Position numbers and translations under genes: made by a program. DNA of 64,000 nucleotides, taken from assembly GCA_047495785.1 (NCBI GenBank), contig JBLDXI010000029.1, forward strand, positions 1,612,001 to 1,676,000. Direction: 5' to 3'. Numbering within the stretch: position 1 is the first letter of the stretch; every line of letters starts with the position of its first letter. This DNA comes from Lepidodermella squamata. Taxonomy: Eukaryota; Animalia; Gastrotricha. Below the pieces are notes generated by a model. The model had not been told where the DNA came from. It did not search any database and saw only the letters and a list, made by a program, of their open reading frames with translations. Positions 63,375 to 64,000 of this stretch are shown here, in pieces.

Positions 63375-63575
63375 CACCAGAAAAAATATTACCCTATTTT
63401 ATCTACCGAATGCATGAATTTAGTTTCGGTATCTGAATTCATGCTTTCAGTAGATAAATATCTGCATTTTTGTAGATGAATTAGGGTGATTTTGGGCATG
63501 ATCATAAATGCTGAAAATCGGTAAATTAGGAAGTCCCATTTTCTAGCACCCCACTTAGGGTGATTTTTTCTGGTG
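63375..63575. mobile_element. MITE with CAC termini and TA flanks
   Basis: TA|CACCAGAAAAAATATTACCCT ... AGGGTGATTTTTTCTGGTG|TA, with an internal hairpin (tatctaccgaatgcatgaatt / aattcatgctttcagtagata). Confidence 0.75.
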
Positions 63576-64000
63576 TAATGATATCAGAAATAAAAACAAA
63601 TCTGCTAGTGAAAAAACTGATAACATAGCTTCCTTGCGTCCGAAACGTCGCCTGAATTATAAATTGTGATTTCACAATAAATTAAGGAAACCCAACCCCA
63701 ACACCGGTTTCTTGAAGGGCTCGACGCTGCTACATCACACACATAAAATCAAGTTTTGAATATTATATTTGTGAAAAGTTGGAGAAAAAGTATAGCCTTC
63801 ATCTATTTCCGGGTGGCAGGGCCACGCCTGTGTACTAACGAATTCCATATCCTTCGAATCGGTGATTGCCGCGCAGAACTTTTGTTGCTAGATGCAGCTC
63901 GCTGTTGGTAAACTTTTGCCATTCTCGGCAAAAAAGTGTGCTGATCGGGACGGCGGAAAACCCAAGTGAATACCAGGCCACGGTGGCCGTCAATGCAGAA

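Noticed and set aside
1-64000. tRNA/rRNA genes and prokaryotic operon or defence systems
   Set aside because: None recognisable; genes have spliceosomal introns and metazoan domain content.

Overview
Eukaryotic (invertebrate-like) genomic DNA with a compact gene layout and mostly ~45-60 nt GT-AG introns; the organism cannot be identified from the sequence. The main feature is a same-strand (+) tandem array of 14 highly divergent, intron-containing globin genes plus one vestigial half-globin (~16.8-49.4 kb). The ORF track fragments these genes, so I assembled them by splicing by eye. Nine begin with Met-Gly, five of them MGxxC[S/T], suggesting N-myristoylation and palmitoylation. The inferred distal E7 residue varies (H, Q, V, L, C, R), and one paralogue lacks the proximal F8 His. 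Eight carry a His motif at the end of helix G and a CxxC just before the helix-H Trp, bracketing a hypervariable GH-loop insert; this is a candidate zinc or redox clasp on a globin fold. The window also holds a GABA-B-like class C GPCR with a 1-nt frameshift, an Ig/FN3 type I membrane protein, two signal-peptide ankyrin-repeat genes (one an ANK-CCP-ANK chimera), a catalytically dead trypsin homologue, three paralogous small secreted proteins of unknown family, two SLC6 transporters plus a pseudogene fragment, a LINE RT remnant, and many non-autonomous TIR elements/MITEs. Exon boundaries and helix numbering are manual and need computational confirmation.
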